Below are positions 59,280 through 64,000 of a stretch of 64,000 nt of DNA, piece by piece. The stretch covers positions 4,192,001 to 4,256,000 of the forward strand of contig CBDDPY010000002.1 of NCBI GenBank assembly GCA_965232515.1, given 5' to 3'. The notes under the pieces are model-generated. The model did not search any database, had not been told where the DNA came from, and saw only the letters and a program-made list of their open reading frames with translations. The translations under genes and the position numbers were made by a program. This DNA comes from Alphaproteobacteria bacterium (GTDB lineage Bacteria > Pseudomonadota > Alphaproteobacteria > GCA-2731375). Numbering within the stretch: the stretch's first letter is position 1; the number at the start of each line of letters is the position of its first letter.

Positions 59280-59775
59280 GGTCTCCGGCTCGAGCTTTTC
59301 CGAACAGGTTTCCCGTTGCGAAAGACAGTCAGCCAGCACGGGCCTTTGCTCTGTTTTATACGCGAAACGCAGCTTGTCGCTTTGAAGCAAGAGAAGACGT
59401 TTCCGATGGACAGGCGCGGACGTCGCACGGCCGAAGATTCGACTAAGCAAGGTCGAGATTGCCCTACTGAACGATCGCAGCACATCGAACAGATCCACGG
59501 CGGAACCTCCGAAGTCTTATTGAACTGAATTGGGCAGCACGAATGGCGCCGACACTCGCTGTGGAGCGCGGCGTTCTGCGGCTGGTCGATTTAGGTGTCA
59601 GCCGTCAGCTTCAGGACGAGGCCTGAGGCAACAAGGCAACCGGAAAAGAAAACGCGCCTGACCGAATCAAGCGAGTCGCGAAGCCTAATAGGAATCGCGC
59701 ATTTGGATGTGCATCGTCAAGTGAGCTATCTGCCCGCCTGCCATGAGACCTTGATCGCAAGTTTAAAGTAACGGC

Positions 59776-60024
59776 TTAGTCAGCAAAATCCCGCAGTCGG
59801 GGGCAAACGGCCCGGCCCATGATGTTGTTGGGCGCATACCAGAAATCGACGCTGACAACCGACATACCTGTGAAGTAGGTGCATGTCAGCACGTCCTGAC
59901 CTTGACCAGATGGCTGATGCTGCTTGGAGGCTACTAACAGACCCTGAGTTGTGAGAATCAAGGTCAGCCAAGCAATCAGCCCGATCAGAGCACAAAGGCT
60001 GGCTGCCAGCCCTAACGCTCGCAT
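59776..60024 (-). CDS. Small membrane-anchored protein
   Basis: N-terminal TM; CTYFTG...CPR; overlaps the end of the SNase fragment. Confidence 0.55.
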   Translation of the reverse strand: MRALGLAASLCALIGLIAWLTLILTTQGLLVASKQHQPSGQGQDVLTCTYFTGMSVVSVDFWYAPNNIMGRAVCPRLRDFAD

Positions 60025-60290
60025 GGAAGCCGCTCACCACGCCGCCATAAACGCGGCTCGACAAATTCGCCTCGCCAAATTCCGAGGCCGTTCTCTCGGG
60101 CTTTGTCTTCCGCCACGATGTACTCGGTGCGCAGCTCATCAGGCAGGTATTGCCGGTATGCAGCGGCCCAGCCTTGGCGGATAAGCTCTAGGTGTAGATC
60201 AAGGTCATCGGCATACGCAGTGACAATCGGGCTGCCATAGCGGCCGACCGCCGCAACGACATTGACTGTCATAATCAAAGAATCTGCCAT
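60012..60290 (-). pseudogene. 5'-truncated thermonuclease, paralogue of 51862..52392
   Basis: RYG..QGWA..YLPDELR..GIWRGEFVEP..WRRGERLPCE retained; signal peptide, DGDT and GIDAPE missing. Confidence 0.7.
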
Positions 60291-60370
60291 AGCAACTTAA
60301 GATCTTCACATGTAATCTTTTTCAACCAATGATAATTATTCCTGTCCGACTTACCAGGGAGACGACGCTA

Positions 60371-61321
60371 ATGTTGATAAGGATGTCGGGCGTATTTTCG
60401 GTCATGTTGTTGGCAAGCGCGCCAGCAAGTGCGTTGACATTGGACGACTGCATTCCGCTTAACAACGATCTGAAGGCGGCCAGTCTCGAGGAACATCTTT
60501 TCGGCGGCGCACCGGATACTGGCGATTTGATTGTCCGACGTGGCTTTGTATTGGGGTACGACGAAGATAGGCGGGTGCCGGCATGGGCGGCTTGGAGGGC
60601 GATCAAGGATTATCGCGATACCCCCTCTCGTAAGAGCCGCTGGAAAACCTTTAGAACCGATGACTTGGTGTCAGATGTGACGACCGACGACTATATCGGT
60701 TGGTTCGACTCTGACGACAACTTCGCCCGCGGCCATATCGTTCCCTACTATATCTCCGGCGGCGATCGAGACCACGACGGTGAGGACGCCGAGATTGAAA
60801 GCACGCTTGCTGTCGAAGACGACCACGATGCCTGTGTGGTGTTCGAGATCAATTCAATGATCAACATCGCGCCGCAGTACCACGATAGGTTCAATGGGCA
60901 GCCGGGCGTGTGGTGGAAACTTGAAACCGACGTGAGGCAGATGATCGATGATGGTCGGTCCTTTAATGTCCTAGCGGGATCAGTGTTCAAAAACGATCAG
61001 GCTATTCAAAAAATCGGCCCCATAAACGATGACACCCAGTGGGATATCTCAGTGCCGCATGGGTATTTCAAGATCGTCGTGGATGTCGAGAATCTGTCCG
61101 CAGTTGGCTTCCTCTTTGACCACCAGGGCGATCTGGCCAAGGGCTGCGATATCGATCAGATCAACTGGCCATCGGAATGCGTCAGGCCGATCAATGACAT
61201 CGAAGAGGCAACTGGCCTTAGGTTCTTTCCCAATCTCACCAATCCCGAAAACGAGTTGCTTCGCGCGACAAGCAATAAAGGTACGTGGTTTCGTTGGCTT
61301 AAGGCTGCCGGAGTCATTTAG
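60371..61321 (+). CDS. Secreted DNA/RNA non-specific endonuclease (NucA/EndoG family)
   Basis: Signal peptide, FARGHIVP, NIAPQ..FN..W..LE, VPHGYFKIV; AGGGAG RBS before 60371. Confidence 0.85.
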   Translation: MLIRMSGVFSVMLLASAPASALTLDDCIPLNNDLKAASLEEHLFGGAPDTGDLIVRRGFVLGYDEDRRVPAWAAWRAIKDYRDTPSRKSRWKTFRTDDLVSDVTTDDYIGWFDSDDNFARGHIVPYYISGGDRDHDGEDAEIESTLAVEDDHDACVVFEINSMINIAPQYHDRFNGQPGVWWKLETDVRQMIDDGRSFNVLAGSVFKNDQAIQKIGPINDDTQWDISVPHGYFKIVVDVENLSAVGFLFDHQGDLAKGCDIDQINWPSECVRPINDIEEATGLRFFPNLTNPENELLRATSNKGTWFRWLKAAGVI

Positions 61322-61381
61322 GTCCTGGATATTACAGGTGCCAGCCCGCTTCCGATTGGCCAGTTGAGCAAACTGCTAACG

Positions 61382-61756
61382 ATGACAAATGAACAAGAAT
61401 CTGGCGATAGGGCACGAAGGTCTCGCCATCAACGTCGTCGTGATGAAATGCTTCGGCTAGGCGTTCAAAGCGCCTTTCTGCTCAACGGCGGAGGAGCGGT
61501 TGCACTACTCGCCTATTTGGCTCAGACGGCTTCGACTTCAGATCCGCTACGGCAATTCATTGTCGTTGGCCTCATTCCGCTGGCATTCGGAGTGGCCATG
61601 GCTGGCGCGATACATTTTTTTCGGTTGTGGACCTGGGAGAAATGGGAAGAGTCAGAACGGCTCCGAAAACTCTCCGGCATGATTTATTTTTTCGGATTTC
61701 TCAGTATCGCGTGTTTCTTGGTCGGTGTTGGTATCATTGTCGTTGGAGCTCTCTAG
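61382..61756 (+). CDS. Small 3-TM membrane protein
   Basis: FLLNGGGAVALLAYL and two further hydrophobic helices. Confidence 0.6.
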   Translation: MTNEQESGDRARRSRHQRRRDEMLRLGVQSAFLLNGGGAVALLAYLAQTASTSDPLRQFIVVGLIPLAFGVAMAGAIHFFRLWTWEKWEESERLRKLSGMIYFFGFLSIACFLVGVGIIVVGAL

Positions 61757-61959
61757 GCTTAATGCGTCAGCCTGCCTAGCCTGACGCACTAGGTGCGTTC
61801 GTCGTCCGTTCAAAATGGCCTACGGCAACAAATCGAGTGGACTTACGAGGCAATGCCCCAGGTCCGATTACCGAGGAAGATATCGAGATGCAGCGCAGCC
61901 TGGTCCGGATGCGCGAGGGCTGAGGATGTCGGCAGAACGTCGACGGACGAGCTGCGGCT

Positions 61960-62658
61960 TCAATTAAAACCTGCCTTTGAGGCTTGGTCATCCCTCCAAA
62001 CTTCGTAACTGATTGTCATGTCATGACACACTGTGGGTAGCCGAATCCAATCACTTTCCTTTCCCGCAGTCTGAATATCAATACTCACCTTACATTTAAA
62101 AATCCATGGTGCCGACAAATTAGGTTTGCGCCCTACTGTTCTGAATAAAGAGCTTGACCAAACTATAAAGGGTCGTTTTATAGTTCTTTCGGTTAAATCA
62201 TAAGTAACTATCTTTGCATTTCCTGGATTTATAATTAAGTCACTAATATTTTTTTTAGATATTCTGTAAGACATGTTATATGAATCAGAAATACCTGTTC
62301 TTCCTTCCACATAAACACTTACGAAATCTGGCAGAGCACCCGGCAGCTTTCCAACGTTGTAGTACGAAATAGAAATTTGGTCTGTACGACTTCCGAATAC
62401 CTCAGGATAGATCTTAAATTCTTTTGTTATAAGATGATTGATAATAATAGATACGAGCAAAGTTGAAATTGAGGCTAGGGCAATTAGCAGCGAAAGAGAT
62501 GAATTTCCTATATCCAAAAACCTCCGAAAGTTCTGAAAGGAACCACAATTACTGCACTTATTTGCGGTAATGGGGATCCTCCCCATGCAGGCAACGCACT
62601 CCTTCGTTTTTGTCTTATCGCCGACAGCATTGCTATTATGTGTTGTGCAAGCGATCAT
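61960..62658 (-). CDS. AT-rich membrane protein with N-terminal Zn ribbon
   Basis: CVAC..I...A.KCSNCGSFQ followed by a TM and a soluble domain. Confidence 0.68.
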   Translation of the reverse strand: MIACTTHNSNAVGDKTKTKECVACMGRIPITANKCSNCGSFQNFRRFLDIGNSSLSLLIALASISTLLVSIIINHLITKEFKIYPEVFGSRTDQISISYYNVGKLPGALPDFVSVYVEGRTGISDSYNMSYRISKKNISDLIINPGNAKIVTYDLTERTIKRPFIVWSSSLFRTVGRKPNLSAPWIFKCKVSIDIQTAGKESDWIRLPTVCHDMTISYEVWRDDQASKAGFN

Positions 62659-62765
62659 GCCCTAACCGCATAGTTGTCTACGGTCGATGTGTCAAGAATT
62701 AGCCGCTCAAATCCATAGAGAAAGCCCGGCCGATGCTGGGCGAGTTGACCACACACCAGAGATTG

Positions 62766-63050
62766 CTATATCTGAGACCCGACACGGGCCAGCCGTTGAA
62801 TACCGATCTTGAGCGCCGCGTCGGCTAGCTTGGGATCGACCTGACACCACGCCAACAACAGCCATGAAGCCATGATCTTGTCGCCACCTGCCGCCGCGGC
62901 AGCCTGAGCCGCCCGCTTAGAGGCGATGGCATCGGCTTGCTGCATGACGTGCCGGTGTAGTCTGTCGCGCCTGTTGGGATCGCTGCCGGCGCTGCCGGAT
63001 GTGGTTTCGGCAACGGCTTGGCTTTCGTCCATCATGTGGTGCCCTGCCAC
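62766..63050 (-). CDS. Small hypothetical protein
   Basis: Co-oriented with upstream ORFs; start uncertain. Confidence 0.4.
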   Translation of the reverse strand: MAGHHMMDESQAVAETTSGSAGSDPNRRDRLHRHVMQQADAIASKRAAQAAAAAGGDKIMASWLLLAWCQVDPKLADAALKIGIQRLARVGSQI

Positions 63051-63183
63051 TCGACGGCATAGGCACAGGCGACGCGAACGAGGCTCTCCCGGAAATCGCT
63101 ATCGTGCCTGGATCGCGCCCACAACAGGCGGCCACGTGCCCGCTTGGCGACAGCCTCGCGGGACTGGGCCAGTTTCTCGGGCG

Positions 63184-63513
63184 TCATGGCTGCCTCCCGA
63201 AATCGACGGTGACGACATTGCCAGTTGCCACCCTGCCCTGCCGGGACCGCCGACGCTTCCGCTTGGGCTTGGCAGGCTTGACACCTTCATAGGCCGCGCT
63301 GATCCGATTGGCGATATTGGCCACCTCGTCACTCACCGGATAGTCCGGGTCGCAATAGACGCGCTTCAGGTGGCCCAACGTCATGCCGATGCGGGACGGG
63401 TCTTTGAGACGGCAGGCAAAGTCGATCAGCGTCAAGCTTTGGCGCAGTCGCTCGGTTGCGAAGTTGCGCAACTCGTCAGCGCATTCTTCGATGATCTGGC
63501 GAGGGTCGGTCAT
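63184..63513 (-). CDS. Hypothetical phage-like protein
   Basis: ATGA-coupled; basic tail ending NVVTVDFGRQ. Confidence 0.6.
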   Translation of the reverse strand: MTDPRQIIEECADELRNFATERLRQSLTLIDFACRLKDPSRIGMTLGHLKRVYCDPDYPVSDEVANIANRISAAYEGVKPAKPKRKRRRSRQGRVATGNVVTVDFGRQP

Positions 63514-64000
63514 GACTGCACCCCCATCAGTCGCTCTAACTCATTGGGCAACGTAGCGAGCAGCGGATCATCGAACGGCTCGATGTCCGCGTTGATCGTG
63601 ACGAGCGTCCGATACTTGGCCAACAGTCCCCCGAGTGTCGTCGGCTTGGCCGCGATCAGATCGGCCTCTGCCGCATAGAGCTTGTCGCTAGCCGTCTTGC
63701 ACGCGGCTTCTGCTTGTTCGAAGCCCAGTTCGCGGCAGCGCCGTTTGTAGGCGTTCTTGTGATCGGAAAGGGATTCCAGCAGCGGCGCAAACCGTTCCTC
63801 TACCGCCTGCCGTTCCGCGTCGGTTGCCGCCGCGTCGTATTCCTTGCGCAGTTGCTTCCAAGTCCGCACGTCGAACATGCGCGGATCAGTGCTGGCGAGC
63901 TCGCGCATCTCGGGCGTGAGGTGTTCCGCAACCTCGTCCGGGAGACACAGCGGCGTTTCACTGTGCGCACGATCGGAAATGGCCGCTTCGATATCGGCCA
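63510..64000 (-). CDS. Hypothetical protein (5' end probably outside window)
   Basis: Frame stays open upstream of 63908 to the window edge; PTTLGGLLAK motif. Confidence 0.55.
   Translation of the reverse strand, partial: ADIEAAISDRAHSETPLCLPDEVAEHLTPEMRELASTDPRMFDVRTWKQLRKEYDAAATDAERQAVEERFAPLLESLSDHKNAYKRRCRELGFEQAEAACKTASDKLYAAEADLIAAKPTTLGGLLAKYRTLVTINADIEPFDDPLLATLPNELERLMGVQS

Larger units (their letters stand above)
40554..64000. mobile_element. tRNA-Gly-integrated element (satellite/PICI-like core plus cargo); right end outside window
   Basis: tRNA 3' duplicate, integrase, AlpA-like HTH, RepA-like helicase, iteron-like repeats, lower-GC mosaic cargo. Confidence 0.8.

Noticed and set aside
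45883-62760. Integron cassette array
   Set aside because: Genes lie in mixed orientation, no recurring attC-like palindromes were seen, and none of the recombinases looks like IntI

Overview
GC-rich, alphaproteobacterial-looking DNA (the GTTC-N7-GTTC LexA box and a REP-type palindrome support this) in three parts. (1) 1-31.9 kb is a large surface-glycan/EPS locus that runs off the left edge. It has 4 GT2, 5 GT4-type, one DUF354-like and one GT-C glycosyltransferase, a Wzx-like flippase, and a dense set of decorating enzymes: 5 PAPS-type sulfotransferases, 1 arylsulfotransferase (ASST)-like protein, 5 SAM methyltransferases, 2 pyruvyltransferases and 2 uncharacterised QueC-like PP-loop/Zn proteins. 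Many of these occur as paralogue pairs. (2) 32.1-40.4 kb holds a peptidoglycan-binding protein and an orphan TAXI solute-binding protein, converging on a 1924-aa fusion of ExeA-like ATPase, TM helix, TPRs, nine ~111-aa Ig/cadherin-like repeats and a Sel1-like domain, followed by a SnoaL-like protein. (3) 40.55 kb to the end is an element integrated at tRNA-Gly(GCC); only the 49-bp 3' tRNA duplicate is in the window. It has a satellite/PICI-like core (integrase, AlpA-type HTH, small ORFs, RepA-like AAA helicase, GGGACA iteron cluster) and a mosaic cargo: secreted nucleases, a HEPN-like protein, a LexA-boxed Zn-ribbon gene, a HAF/PEP-CTERM-like protein, a tandem tyrosine-recombinase pair and several deletion pseudogenes. 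The best candidates for undescribed systems are the giant ExeA-TPR-Ig fusion with its TAXI/PG-binding neighbours, the ASST-YIGPG micro-protein-sulfotransferase operon and the QueC-like glycan-modifying pair. All family calls come from motif recognition by eye; no database searches were run.
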